Positions 40,945 to 52,256 of a stretch of DNA of 64,000 bases are shown here, piece by piece (position 1 is the first letter of the stretch; each line of letters opens with the position of its first letter). Origin of the DNA: a virus; the IMG/VR virus record IMGVR_UViG_3300018984_000002, positions 38,777-102,776 of that record. The stretch is one strand, 5' to 3'. The notes beneath the pieces are model-generated. The model worked only from the letters and a program-made list of their open reading frames with translations. It ran no database searches and was not told the origin of the DNA. The translations under genes were made by a program, and so were the position numbers.

Positions 40945-43900
40945 CTAAAACACTTCTAGTATTTCATTGCAAATCACTTTAATAGTCTCTTCAGTATTAT
41001 CTACATTGAATTTTCCTGTAATAGCAATTGCCTCTTTTAATAGTTCTGTATTTTGATCTAGTATTTTACTAAAAATTAAACCGTCAACAATAGTCCCCTT
41101 GTTATCTTCAAACTTGCAACACATATAATTTTTACCACTCTTAGATACGCGAAATTCTTTTTCTAAAATAGTACAAGCAACTGTTATATTATTTTGCTTG
41201 ACTTGATTGCTAGTAGGAAAATACTCGTATTGTGTCAAAAAACTAACAGGATTATTGCTAATGAAATATCCAATTGTTTCATACTCATAACGTAGTAAAT
41301 CTATCTCGTTATACTCCTCATCAATATTTACTTTTATATCTTCAAATAAAACCTCTAGTTTATTTTTTCGGACATCTATTGATTTTCGCTTCCGTTTAAT
41401 AATCTGTAGGTTTTCTTCTTCATTAAGCAAGAGTTGTTTTAGATCTACTTGTAAAATCTGCAACTCTTTAATTGCTTTTTCTCTAGAAGCAATATGCTTT
41501 TTAAGTACTGAAATATTTTCCACTAGTTCTTTTCTATTTAAATTAATAGTATCAAAACTTCCAGAAAGTATTAATGCTTTTAAACCGCGACTGTCTATAT
41601 TAGTTCTTTCACAAAAATCCACTAAATCTTTGAATTTAGTTATCTCTCTTGTGCTAATTATTGATTCAATAGTAGATTTACCCAAGCTCTTTATAGATTT
41701 AAGTCCAAAGAATATAGCATTACTTTCGGGGTCACTAGTAAAGTTATAATCAGACTTATTTATATCTGGTGGTAAAATTTTAATTCCTAATTGTCTTGCG
41801 GCATTTAAATATTTAGAAACTTTTACATTATCATTTTGTCTAGACAATAATGCAGCCATAAATTCACATGGATAATGTGCTTTTAAATAAGCACACTGAT
41901 ATGCTATTAAAGAGTAAGCAGCAGAATGACTTTTATTAAAACCATAACTACCAAAAGTTTCTATTTTGTCAAAGAATCTCTCAACCTTTATTTGTGGATA
42001 CGAGTTTTGTGCAGCACCATTAACAAACTCTACTCGTTCTTGAGCCATCTTGTGTACTAACTTTTTTCCAACCACCTTACGTAGCTGGTCAGCTCTGCTA
42101 GGGTTAAAACCAGCAATAACTTGAGAAGCCTTCATAACACTTTCTTGATACACAAGAATCCCATAAGTATCGCTAAGGACTTCCTTCAATGCATCGAAGT
42201 CATACTCTACTGGCTCCCTGCCATGCTTACGAGCAATGTAACGTGGAATCATACCAGAATCTAATGCTCCTGGTCTATAAAGTGCGTTAGCAACACTTAA
42301 GTCATCTATAGAACTAGGAGCTAGCTGACGCAGTATATCTTGCATTCCAGGACTCTCAAACTGAAATACACCCTCTGTTTTACCTGTACTAAATACTTTG
42401 TAGGTTAGAGAATCATTTAAAGGTATTTGGTAAAGATCTAAATGATTACCAATATTTTTTAAAGAGTCCGAAATAATAGATAAATTGTTTAAGCCTAAAA
42501 AATCCATCTTTAAAAAACCAAGCTTCTCAATACTATTCATCTCGTATTGAGTACAAACTTGATTATCTTTAGTAAGCATTAATGGGCAATAGTTTTCAAT
42601 ATCTACATCACCAATTACAACTCCAGCTGCATGAACACCAGTACCCCTAATACATCCTTCTAATCCAATAGCTAAATCTATCCATTCCTTAAATTGTTTA
42701 TCTGAAATATATTTTTGGTAAAATTCTTTAGACGGCGATTCTGGAGAAATCATTTTACTTAATTTCTCAGGTTTCCCTCTAGTGACTGGAATCATATTAC
42801 TAGCATTCAGGGAATCTGAATAAGGTATCCCAAGAGTAGTTGCAACACTACGAATTGCAGCTTTACTTGTTAGGGTGTTGTAAGTAACAATCTGACTTAC
42901 CCTTTTCTTGCCATATTTTTCGGTCACATAATCAATAACTTTTTGTCTTCCATCAACATCGAAATCAACATCAATATCAGGCATTGATGCTCTTTCTGGA
43001 TTAAGAAAACGCTCAAAAGATAATCCATAATGTATTGGATCAATCTTAGTAATACCAGTAACATAAGCAACTAAACTTCCACCAACACTACCACGACCTG
43101 GACCAACTCTTACACCGTTAGATTCAGCCCACTTAATATAATCAATTACTACTAAAAAATAACTAGCAAAACCCATTTTGTTAATTATTTCTAATTCATA
43201 ATTGACTCTTTCTAGATATTCTTCATTAGGGTTATCAATAAAACGTTTATTTAAACCATCAAATGTTAATTCAGATAAATATTGTTCTGGTGTTTTATCT
43301 GATAAAGGAAACTCTGGTGATGTTGGTGGTCTGAATAATTCATAGTGTTCTACTTTATTGGCTACTTCCACTGTGTTATTAATAGCATCACTAATAACTT
43401 GTTCTGGTAATGTATTTTGAAATCTATTTTTTAGTTCAGTATTAGTACCAAAAAATAGGTCTTTGTCATAACTAAATTTCTGATTCTCTAAATCGACTAG
43501 TTTTTTGCCGTACTTAATAGCATATAAAACATTATGCATTTTATAATGTTCTGCCGTTAAGTAATGAGTATCAGGAGTAATAATACATTTGATATTATAT
43601 TTACCTGCAAAAGCAACTAAGACATTGTTGAGTCCGAAATAAATATCTTGATTGTCGTGATACTGCAACTCAATATAATAATCATCTTGAAAAACCGTAA
43701 GATATTCTAGTAGTATCTGTTCAGCTAATTCTATTTCATCAAAGATTATCAGTTGTGGGATCAAAGAACCAATACAACCAGTTGTAACTATTAAACCTTC
43801 ATGAAACTCTTTTAATTTTTGTAGTGTTATTAGTGGATAAAGTTTACCTTTATTATTTGCAGCTTTTTTATTTTCTAACTCAGACCAAGTAGTAAGTTTA

Positions 43901-44232
43901 GATAAATTTTGGTAGCCTACTAAATTTTTAGCTAAAACAATCTGATGAAATCTATTTCCAGGCTTGTAGTCTCCTGTTAATTCAGTGGTAATTTTATCTT
44001 TTAGTATTTCGGAATATGGATGTTCCAAATACATTTCATTGCCAATAATTGGCTTAATACCAAATTTCTTACAAGCTTCATACAAATCAATACTACCCAT
44101 CATTGTTCCGTGATCAGTAAGAGCAAAAGCAGATTGACCTAATGAATGTGCTTTTTCTACTAGGTCAACAACTTTCGAGCTTCCATCACTGTAATGAGAG
44201 TGAGTATGCAAACAAACGAAATTGTCTGACAT
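40945..44232 (-). CDS. dnaE: DNA polymerase III alpha subunit (family C), unsplit
   Basis: PHP motif HTHSHYS, GRGSVGGS, catalytic PDIDVDF, GVHAAG, KMDFLGL, YGFNKSHS and a C-terminal OB fold. Confidence 0.95.
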   Translation of the reverse strand: MSDNFVCLHTHSHYSDGSSKVVDLVEKAHSLGQSAFALTDHGTMMGSIDLYEACKKFGIKPIIGNEMYLEHPYSEILKDKITTELTGDYKPGNRFHQIVLAKNLVGYQNLSKLTTWSELENKKAANNKGKLYPLITLQKLKEFHEGLIVTTGCIGSLIPQLIIFDEIELAEQILLEYLTVFQDDYYIELQYHDNQDIYFGLNNVLVAFAGKYNIKCIITPDTHYLTAEHYKMHNVLYAIKYGKKLVDLENQKFSYDKDLFFGTNTELKNRFQNTLPEQVISDAINNTVEVANKVEHYELFRPPTSPEFPLSDKTPEQYLSELTFDGLNKRFIDNPNEEYLERVNYELEIINKMGFASYFLVVIDYIKWAESNGVRVGPGRGSVGGSLVAYVTGITKIDPIHYGLSFERFLNPERASMPDIDVDFDVDGRQKVIDYVTEKYGKKRVSQIVTYNTLTSKAAIRSVATTLGIPYSDSLNASNMIPVTRGKPEKLSKMISPESPSKEFYQKYISDKQFKEWIDLAIGLEGCIRGTGVHAAGVVIGDVDIENYCPLMLTKDNQVCTQYEMNSIEKLGFLKMDFLGLNNLSIISDSLKNIGNHLDLYQIPLNDSLTYKVFSTGKTEGVFQFESPGMQDILRQLAPSSIDDLSVANALYRPGALDSGMIPRYIARKHGREPVEYDFDALKEVLSDTYGILVYQESVMKASQVIAGFNPSRADQLRKVVGKKLVHKMAQERVEFVNGAAQNSYPQIKVERFFDKIETFGSYGFNKSHSAAYSLIAYQCAYLKAHYPCEFMAALLSRQNDNVKVSKYLNAARQLGIKILPPDINKSDYNFTSDPESNAIFFGLKSIKSLGKSTIESIISTREITKFKDLVDFCERTNIDSRGLKALILSGSFDTINLNRKELVENISVLKKHIASREKAIKELQILQVDLKQLLLNEEENLQIIKRKRKSIDVRKNKLEVLFEDIKVNIDEEYNEIDLLRYEYETIGYFISNNPVSFLTQYEYFPTSNQVKQNNITVACTILEKEFRVSKSGKNYMCCKFEDNKGTIVDGLIFSKILDQNTELLKEAIAITGKFNVDNTEETIKVICNEILEVF

Positions 44233-44242
44233 AATACTGCTC

Positions 44243-45943
44243 TTATACTGGTTTTAGTTGTTCTTCGATATAGTCACAAAAAGTGTTTCCACTATCATCC
44301 CTGACAGTGTACATATGTTTTCCTTCTTTTATTTGTACACTTAAAACAGTTACCACAATATCCTCAATCATTACTTGACTGTTGATCGGATATTTTGGAG
44401 GTGTAACCAATAACTGTTTTTCTAACTTAGTTGCACTATCTAACAGTGCAAATACCCGTTTCTTTTCTTCGTCTGTCCAACCTTTAATTAACTCAATAAA
44501 CTCTTCTTTTGTTTTAGTATTCTTTACTTTTTCAGCCATCTTAATATCAATCTGTTTGCGTTCTTCGGCTTTACGTACTTCTTCTTGTTCAGCTTCAAGA
44601 TACGCAATTAACCAACTTTCTCCACTTGCTGGTAAAGAATAAATAAATTTTCTGTCATGTATTCTTCTAGCTATACCTTCTGTTTCACACATATTATTAA
44701 GACGCTTAATTAGGTCTGTGCGAGGAACAGCTAGTATGTCTACTAACTCAGTCAAAGCGTACCCATATACGTCCTCATCTTCGTCAGTTGCATTTGCTTT
44801 CCAGATATTGTATTGCTCCATTAAAAGACGCATAATACTGTTTTGCAATTGCACATTTTCTGGCGATAATGTCTTTTCTTTTTCTACCTCAAATGTCCAA
44901 AAACTAGCCTCACCTTCTGTGTATCTTAATTCAAGTTCTTCGGGAGTTCCGTCACGAGGAATAGTGAATAAATCTACTATTCCAGCTTTCTTGCTCGGAT
45001 GCAATTTAAACAAACCGTCATTAGCTCTAACTAAAGCATTTGTGCCAGCAACACCTTTAATCATTCCACTTTTACTGTCTGTGGAATCCATTTTAGTACT
45101 GTGGTGCAACACTAAAACAGTTACATTTTTGCTGTGCGCTAAGTCTTGCCATTCGTATAATACTGTGGCTAACTCCGGGGAATATTCTGTTAATCCACTC
45201 TTACGTATACTTGCTCCTAGAGAGTCTACCACTAATACATCAGCTTGGCTATCTTCAAGTAACTTAAAAATTGTGTTTTTATCTACCACTAAATCAAGAT
45301 GCTTTGCAACTACTAAACTTTCACTGTCGAGTAATTCTTCAAAAAGAGCTGGTTCTTTTGCTTCTAGATACTGTAAACCATTATTGTAAACACGCTTGTA
45401 GGTTGAAATTACATTTTCTTCATTTTGTAAAAACAACACTTTACTTTTACTGGTTGTGCGATTAAGAAAAGGTTCACCTTGAATTAATCTAACAATAAGG
45501 TTAGTGACAAACAAACTCTTGCCTGTTTTTGGTGCGCCAACAATTAGTAAAAGAATGTTCTTTCTGATTAACCCTTGTACTAAATAATAGTCTTTGTATC
45601 CTAAAGATAATTCTCGCAGTTGACGCAAAGTATAAGTCTCAGTCTCTTTTATTTCGGACGAATATACCTCTACTAGTTTTTGTACATCTTGTTTGTCATT
45701 AACAAAAATACGTAACCAATTAACTAAATCGGTTTTTAAACTAGCTGCTTTAAATACATTAGTTGTGTTTCTAATTACAAGTAACTTTTGTCTAGTTACA
45801 TCAACTAAATGTTGATAAAATACATCATCTAATTCTTCTTTAGTTAATGTGTCCGGATTATCATCTATCCAAGATTCCATTAAAGCCAAGCGAATATTAG
45901 TATCTGGCTCATTACTTAGTGTAGTTAGTAGCTGACTTAACAT
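44243..45943 (-). CDS. replicative helicase, AAA_25/RepA-like
   Basis: Walker A GAPKTGKS, Walker B VVDS, LHHSTK, VAGTNAL; between primase and polymerase. Confidence 0.8.
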   Translation of the reverse strand: MLSQLLTTLSNEPDTNIRLALMESWIDDNPDTLTKEELDDVFYQHLVDVTRQKLLVIRNTTNVFKAASLKTDLVNWLRIFVNDKQDVQKLVEVYSSEIKETETYTLRQLRELSLGYKDYYLVQGLIRKNILLLIVGAPKTGKSLFVTNLIVRLIQGEPFLNRTTSKSKVLFLQNEENVISTYKRVYNNGLQYLEAKEPALFEELLDSESLVVAKHLDLVVDKNTIFKLLEDSQADVLVVDSLGASIRKSGLTEYSPELATVLYEWQDLAHSKNVTVLVLHHSTKMDSTDSKSGMIKGVAGTNALVRANDGLFKLHPSKKAGIVDLFTIPRDGTPEELELRYTEGEASFWTFEVEKEKTLSPENVQLQNSIMRLLMEQYNIWKANATDEDEDVYGYALTELVDILAVPRTDLIKRLNNMCETEGIARRIHDRKFIYSLPASGESWLIAYLEAEQEEVRKAEERKQIDIKMAEKVKNTKTKEEFIELIKGWTDEEKKRVFALLDSATKLEKQLLVTPPKYPINSQVMIEDIVVTVLSVQIKEGKHMYTVRDDSGNTFCDYIEEQLKPV

Positions 45944-46770
45944 AACAGATGTTTTATTTCAATATTTTTATTAATCAAATCTGCAACATCCTCTTTCTCA
46001 TTAGAATAAGGAAGTTTCTTTACACTTAAAACATTACAAGAAATACCGCAAGTCCAAGCAATAGTTTGAACGAATTTCATTTTTCTAATACCTGTTTCAT
46101 CATTATCAGGTATTAATAAAAGCCCTGATATTCTGCTTGATAATTTCTGAAACTGTGGTTTTAAATACTTTTCGTCCCAACCAAATCCTGGAGGAGTAAC
46201 TGATAATAAACCTAAATGTTTAGTAAAGGTAATTGCACATTTTTCTCCTTCTAATAAATACAACAGTGGTTTATTGGTTTGATTCAATAAACCTACATTA
46301 AAAAGAGGAAAATCTAAACTACTACCATACTTACGTTTACCTTCAAATATATAACTTGGAATAAACTTTTTCTTACTACCATCAAAGTAATCTATTCTTT
46401 CTACTCGATGTGTGTCCGAATAATAGTAATGTGTTATTCTAGCTTGTTTGTTGTCTCTAGTATCGATCCATGACTTATAGTTTGGTTGATAATTAGTAAG
46501 TATTTGTGGTACTTCTGTGCCTATAAGTTTTGTAGGACTTATATTGTATGCCTGTGGCGTTTTAGTAATAGTATTTGGAATATACACTAGTCCTAGTGCT
46601 TTTCTTATCATGTCAGAACTACAGCCTCCTGACCAGCACTTATAAGGCTTTGTAGGAAGGCTTATGTTCACCTTGATGGTTTTATTGCAACTAGGACATT
46701 GGTATATCTCTTGACTATTACCGATTCTCTGAAGAGGTTTGCCTAGATATCGGGTAATGTCAAACGGCAT
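45937..46770 (-). CDS. DNA primase (Zn finger + TOPRIM)
   Basis: CPSC...CWSGGC zinc finger, LLEGEKC, IPDNDETG. Confidence 0.85.
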   Translation of the reverse strand: MPFDITRYLGKPLQRIGNSQEIYQCPSCNKTIKVNISLPTKPYKCWSGGCSSDMIRKALGLVYIPNTITKTPQAYNISPTKLIGTEVPQILTNYQPNYKSWIDTRDNKQARITHYYYSDTHRVERIDYFDGSKKKFIPSYIFEGKRKYGSSLDFPLFNVGLLNQTNKPLLYLLEGEKCAITFTKHLGLLSVTPPGFGWDEKYLKPQFQKLSSRISGLLLIPDNDETGIRKMKFVQTIAWTCGISCNVLSVKKLPYSNEKEDVADLINKNIEIKHLLC

Positions 46771-47238
46771 AATTACAAAAGTGTTTTGGGACTTTCTACA
46801 TTCTAGTGGCTAGACCTATAGTTATTTCTGGGTATTGTTACCTAATTTTTCAGCTAGTTTTTCTAGTGTGTGATTCTGTGTCCTAGACAGCGCTTCGTCA
46901 ACAATCTGCTCTGCAACATTTACGATAGACTTTGGGCGTTCTTGTAATTCGCCGTGTTGTAGATTTATATTTTTACTAAGACTAGTTAAAACGCATCCCA
47001 TAAGATAACGTTTGTATTCTTCTTTATTGAGTAGATTCATAGTTTCTTTAATGCGTAATCAGCCAATTGTTGATGACGTTCTTTAGTTAACATACTTGAC
47101 AATTCATTGAAAACCCAAACTGTCTGCAAGGAATTAAGATCTTTAATTAGATCAATAGATTTTTCGAGATCGTCCTTAAATAAATAATAAGTAATTGTTA
47201 CAGCATACTCATCTAGTCCTGATAGTGTTAGTTTTCTT

Positions 47239-47811
47239 TTAAATATATTCATTATTTGTTCCTAACCAATTTAGTGCAACGTTTAAGTCTTCTTGATCTG
47301 CCAAATTATAAACCTTAATACCATAAGCATTTGCTATTCTAATCGCTTGTCCTGTACCTCCTGTTTTAGAAGTTGTTTCTGTTTTAGCACCATCTGGTGT
47401 CCAGCATAAAACAAAATTAGAATAACAATTTAAATTAAGACCAAGTATCTGAAATACATTACGGGTATGTAATTTGCGAATGTATTTTGATAAACCATTC
47501 CAGTTAGGATGATATTTGCTAGCTAGTAATTCAGCTTCTTGTAGGGAATTTAAACTATAATTACTTTCTCTGTCTAAAATAGAACCGTCTTGCCTTTGTA
47601 TTCTTTGCACACATTTATCAATATAAAATATCTGTTTTACCCCTAGTACAGAATCACAACCTCTTTCAAAAGCTGTATCAGCACCTCTAGCTCCACCACT
47701 ACGTAAAACACAATCTTTGTTTGCCAGCTTTATGGCTAATTTTTCCATTACTTCACAAATAAGTAAGGGAGTTTTTCGACTCCCTATACCTGCATATATT
47801 TTGTTGTACAT
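47239..47811 (-). CDS. standalone SLOG-fold (DprA/YspA-like) protein
   Basis: YAGIGSRKTP, LRSGGARGADTAFE, RNVFQILG, GGTGQAIRIA. Confidence 0.75.
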   Translation of the reverse strand: MYNKIYAGIGSRKTPLLICEVMEKLAIKLANKDCVLRSGGARGADTAFERGCDSVLGVKQIFYIDKCVQRIQRQDGSILDRESNYSLNSLQEAELLASKYHPNWNGLSKYIRKLHTRNVFQILGLNLNCYSNFVLCWTPDGAKTETTSKTGGTGQAIRIANAYGIKVYNLADQEDLNVALNWLGTNNEYI

Positions 47812-48022
47812 TTATTTTATTTGTATGTATTTATTTCTAATTATTAATTCAGTTATTAAAGTAAATCCCTGACTAAGATTATAACTACAACAACGTTTTT
47901 CTAGTTTTTCCCAATCTTCTTCTTGTAAATTTTGCATTAATTTACAACCTGTTTCTGAGTCCTTATTATGCTTAATTTTATTGCTATAAAAATCAAAATT
48001 AACAATGTAATTATCGAATTCT

Positions 48023-48334
48023 TCAAATGGCGTCATGATCGTTTATCGTTACGCTAAAAAGTTTATTGTTAAAAGTAAATACATTAATATCGTAGTTGAT
48101 CTTTTCTAATACTAAAAATATAGTATCTAAACTAATACAGTTAACATCTTTATTTATAATTGCATTTACATCTAATAAACTGATACCTAATTCTTGACAA
48201 AGTGTTAAATGATTAAGATTAGTTTTATCAACATATTCCGAAATAATAGTAACCAATTCTAGTTTAAATGCATCGATTGCAGTACTACCTATAAACCTAA
48301 TCTTTGACGGTGCGTTATAGTATTTAATTGCCAT
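48023..48334 (-). CDS. XRE-type helix-turn-helix protein
   Basis: LCQELGISLLDVNAII...ISLDTI pattern. Confidence 0.5.
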   Translation of the reverse strand: MAIKYYNAPSKIRFIGSTAIDAFKLELVTIISEYVDKTNLNHLTLCQELGISLLDVNAIINKDVNCISLDTIFLVLEKINYDINVFTFNNKLFSVTINDHDAI

Positions 48335-49313
48335 AATTATTTTGTCGGTTTAACCAAAACTCAGTTATATCTTGTTCAATATCCACTATCTCTGTGCGAA
48401 CTATATAACCAGTAAAATCTGTTTTATCTTTTTTGTAACTACTAATAAAAGCTCCTAGTTCTTTACCTGTCAAACCCGTTAACCTACTTACTATCTCACC
48501 ATTAAATTTAGTTTTAATAATACTTTTAGTAACTTGCTCGTGATCTAATTCATCTAATTGTTCCAGTAAATTAACTTTACTAAAATAATCTGCAACATAA
48601 TACTTTACACCTTCAATTTTGGGGTTACTAATTTGTATATTATTAGTTGTTAAATAATTAATAAATTTGTTCCAATTAAGTCTTTTACGGTTTCTAGTAC
48701 GGCGAATATGATTCCATTCTTCTTCATTAATAAACGCTTTGGTATCAAAATACTTACTGGTAGTGACGTATTTGAATATATCTTCTAAATCATTAAAACC
48801 ATCTAGAAATTTAAAGTAACTTAAATCTAAAAAATTAAATATAACAGGTGGTTCATCACTTAGAAATATATCTTTTTTGTAACTTCTATCATGATTGTAA
48901 TAATTATAATAAAGTCCATTATGACCATACTTACAATTAAGACGTTTAGCCAAAACACCCATTAACATACCTAAGTCGTTGTAGCTAAAGTATGTTCTAG
49001 CTATATGTAATTTGGTGGGGTCAATGTGTATTAAGTCCACTTGAAACTCTTTGTATTCAAAGCTAACTACCTCACCGTTAGTAACTATTTGCTTACTACC
49101 TAAATCCCACTCTAAAAAGTAATTAAGATTATCATATTTAGGCTTATTAACTATTAAATCTAAATCACCAAAACTATCTTTATTTTTATAACTAGGTATT
49201 GTTAATACAGATTGATAAATAAACCATAGCTCATGTGTAATTTCTTTTTGTAATTGAAAATATTCATCTTTACTGTATCTACGTGTAGGTACACTTAATG
49301 CATTACCGCCCAT
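48324..49313 (-). CDS. putative nucleotidyltransferase (Pol-beta superfamily), MGGNA family
   Basis: MGGNAL start, SFGDLDLIV (DxD) and FQVDLI third acidic residue. Confidence 0.6.
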   Translation of the reverse strand: MGGNALSVPTRRYSKDEYFQLQKEITHELWFIYQSVLTIPSYKNKDSFGDLDLIVNKPKYDNLNYFLEWDLGSKQIVTNGEVVSFEYKEFQVDLIHIDPTKLHIARTYFSYNDLGMLMGVLAKRLNCKYGHNGLYYNYYNHDRSYKKDIFLSDEPPVIFNFLDLSYFKFLDGFNDLEDIFKYVTTSKYFDTKAFINEEEWNHIRRTRNRKRLNWNKFINYLTTNNIQISNPKIEGVKYYVADYFSKVNLLEQLDELDHEQVTKSIIKTKFNGEIVSRLTGLTGKELGAFISSYKKDKTDFTGYIVRTEIVDIEQDITEFWLNRQNNYGN

Positions 49314-50099
49314 AACTATTAATTAATACGAATAAATTTAAACCAAATAATAACTAACTATTGCTACTAATTTGCTGTTATCTTTAACTTGCACAACACT
49401 ACAAGTAACATCTGGATGTAAGAATAACTTAGTATAGTTGTTAAATTGTTTTTCTAAATTATATATTTGTTCTAATTTAGTTACTATTCCGTGCAACAAT
49501 TCAACAATTAATTCAGTGGTAATACTTGAGTCTATATTTGTGCCAATAGCCAACTTGATTGAACTACTTTGTGTAGGTTCATCTACATACTCAATAGATA
49601 TACCTAATTTTTTCTGTAATGTACTTACTAAATAATCTTGTACCGTAATAACAGACTCACACTTTAAATTTATTGCATCTTTTACTGTACAAGTATCTAA
49701 ACTAAAACTATTTATTCCAATAATCATAATATTATTTGCAACCACTTATTATTTCGGACTAATATTAAACAGACTCTTAAAATAAAATATCAGTAGCTTA
49801 TCCCTCAGATTATTCTTTTGTATAAAACAAAGCAAACTCTAATTCATGCATTAAGTTTATTAATTCTTCAGCCTCATTGTCTTCGTAATTACCACCATTT
49901 ATTTTTATATCGGCTTCTACAACTGCCCAATGTTTTTCTAAATTATATATCACTTGTTCAAGTAATTCTAGTGAAATAGGTTCATCTCTAATAGCACAAA
50001 ATCCAGCTATGTAAACTGGATCTGTATATGATTTATAGTATTTATGCAATGAAATACCTTGTTCTCGTTTTAAAGTAATTGTGTCGTATGCGTTCATAA

Positions 50100-51041
50100 T
50101 TAAAAAGGTAATTTAGTTTTACTATCTAACAACCATACTCTTTCTGCTAAATATGGCTCTACATTCTCTTCTAATTCTTGCCAGTTAAAGGACTGCTGAT
50201 TGTGGTATGCTTCTGCTATCTGTTTAAGAGTCCGAAACATAAAGTTCACCTTATCTAGATTAAGATAATATATCCAACAATCTCTAGAGGTTTCTGTTAC
50301 GCCAACTAAAAAACAATCTTTAATTAAAACATCATAATACTTGCATTGGTTAAATGCTGCTAAATACGCTGTTAGTTGTAAGTAGTAAGTAAGTAATGGG
50401 TAGTAAGTTTTACCATCGCTACTTGACCCTTTATTATATTTCGGACGATTCCAAGTTTTGTAGTCAATAATTGCAGGGACTTTCGTATTTCCTAATACTT
50501 CACCTAAATGATTCTTTAGTTTACTAGTATCAACATAACCTATATTGTCAAAACGTCCTGCCCATCCTGTAGATTCACCATTATCTAAAACTAATTCGTA
50601 TTTAACTTTAGTTTCAACTGCTAAATACTCAGTGATCTTGATGAAAGGTAACAAGCGCTGAAAACAATAATCGTCGCTAATAACACCTTTTGTATAATAA
50701 TCCTCACATAATTGATGGACTCTAGTACCCCGACTAGCAGCAGCATTAGTTACTTTTCTGCTTTCAATTAAACCTAGTTCAGTTGATAACTTGTTTATTT
50801 CTTCTTTAGATAAAACATCTAATTTTTCTTTAGATACTTCTTTAACTAACTGCTCATAACCTAATTTATTTGCCCAATTAGTTAAACCAGTTTTATCAGT
50901 ATAAAAATTACATAATGTAGATACACTTGGAAGTTTTACTTTTGAGTTAGGTTTAGTTACCTCATAATACCTTTTATTGTTTTCGTCTTCTTTCTGTTGA
51001 ATAAAACTATCATCAATATTTAAAGGTGATACGCTAGCCAT
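50100..51041 (-). CDS. PD-(D/E)XK exonuclease
   Basis: LPSVSTL, RGTRVH, AGRFD, IIDYKT, QLTAY motifs. Confidence 0.8.
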   Translation of the reverse strand: MASVSPLNIDDSFIQQKEDENNKRYYEVTKPNSKVKLPSVSTLCNFYTDKTGLTNWANKLGYEQLVKEVSKEKLDVLSKEEINKLSTELGLIESRKVTNAAASRGTRVHQLCEDYYTKGVISDDYCFQRLLPFIKITEYLAVETKVKYELVLDNGESTGWAGRFDNIGYVDTSKLKNHLGEVLGNTKVPAIIDYKTWNRPKYNKGSSSDGKTYYPLLTYYLQLTAYLAAFNQCKYYDVLIKDCFLVGVTETSRDCWIYYLNLDKVNFMFRTLKQIAEAYHNQQSFNWQELEENVEPYLAERVWLLDSKTKLPF

Positions 51042-51108
51042 TAGATTAACTTAATAAACTAATGACTAGTATACCACCTATACTAATTGAAGATTATACT
51101 AACTTTAT

Positions 51109-51531
51109 TTAAAAGGGTATAGTAGGTTCACCTTCTGTCGCAGCAGGACTAACATTTGGAGGATTTACAGCTTGCTTTACTGTGTCCAAGAGATCATCTG
51201 TATCCTCTGAAATAGCTTGTTTAGGTACTAAACTCACAGTTAACACCTTGACGCTAATATTGACACCACCTTTGTCACTGTCCCCCCATGCAGTTGCCTT
51301 TTGTTCTTCACCACTGATGAATACATAGTCGCCGTCTTTAACATAAGGTAAAAACAGCTTTGTGCCTAATGCTCCCCAGCAAGCACAATCGTAGTTCATA
51401 TAGTTGTTCTTACCATCCTTATTCTTCAAGCTTGTACGGACTCCTAGCTTGAAATTGACTACTTCTGTATCACCAGCTTGACCTGTACGGATATTAGAAA
51501 CTTTACCAAATGCATTTAAAATTGCAGACAT
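51109..51531 (-). CDS. ssb: single-stranded DNA-binding protein
   Basis: OB-fold pattern (YDCACWG, KDGDYVFISG) and acidic C-terminal tail ending IPF. Confidence 0.85.
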   Translation of the reverse strand: MSAILNAFGKVSNIRTGQAGDTEVVNFKLGVRTSLKNKDGKNNYMNYDCACWGALGTKLFLPYVKDGDYVFISGEEQKATAWGDSDKGGVNISVKVLTVSLVPKQAISEDTDDLLDTVKQAVNPPNVSPAATEGEPTIPF

Positions 51532-52256
51532 TATAATTATCCTTTTATGTGTTTAGTTACAGAATTTTTCTAACTGAGAAAGACGAGTTTTTAGTTCGTG
51601 AATCTCTTGTTTAAGAAGAACAAATTCTTCATTAGCTGTTTCTTCAACTGAAGTTATACAACCTGTCTTTTCTACATAAGCGTATTGATTATAAGCTTTT
51701 TTAAATGTATCTAAAATCCGAGCCACACAATATTCTGGTAAACGTTCTAAAGATTGAATCCATATTTTAAAACAACTTAAACTTAACTTATAGTCGTACC
51801 TTAATTTACCGTTTACGTAGTTAGGGATATTCATATAATCTTCTGGGTTAGAAAACTTACAATCAATATCTCTTGCCGCTAAATGATAATCAATAATTCC
51901 CAACCATTCACAAGCTTCTCTTAAATTAACTGGATGACGTTTTAGACTGTTAATTAATTCTTTTGCTTTTTCAACTGTAAATTCTGTCATAAGGTACGTC
52001 CCACTAAAATTAATAAAGAATGTTGTAACATTGTTAATGGAGTATTAGGAGTAAACGAAGTGTAGTTATGTATAAGTTCTAATGCATTTAAAGATTCTTC
52101 ATTATCTACATATTCAAGCCAACCCTTGAAGGAGCTAATTGTCTTTTCTTTCTCTTTGGAGAAAAAGATATAATCTTGAATTAAATTTAAAGTCATATTG
52201 ACATTTTTAGCGTTAAATCCTGACATAGATTAATTTAAAAACGAACAACATTAATA

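Noticed and set aside
41800-42100. Intein or split in dnaE
   Set aside because: The reading frame is continuous through YGFNKSHS with no splicing motifs.
44382-45465. + strand ORFs inside the helicase gene
   Set aside because: Fully antisense to a well-supported gene.
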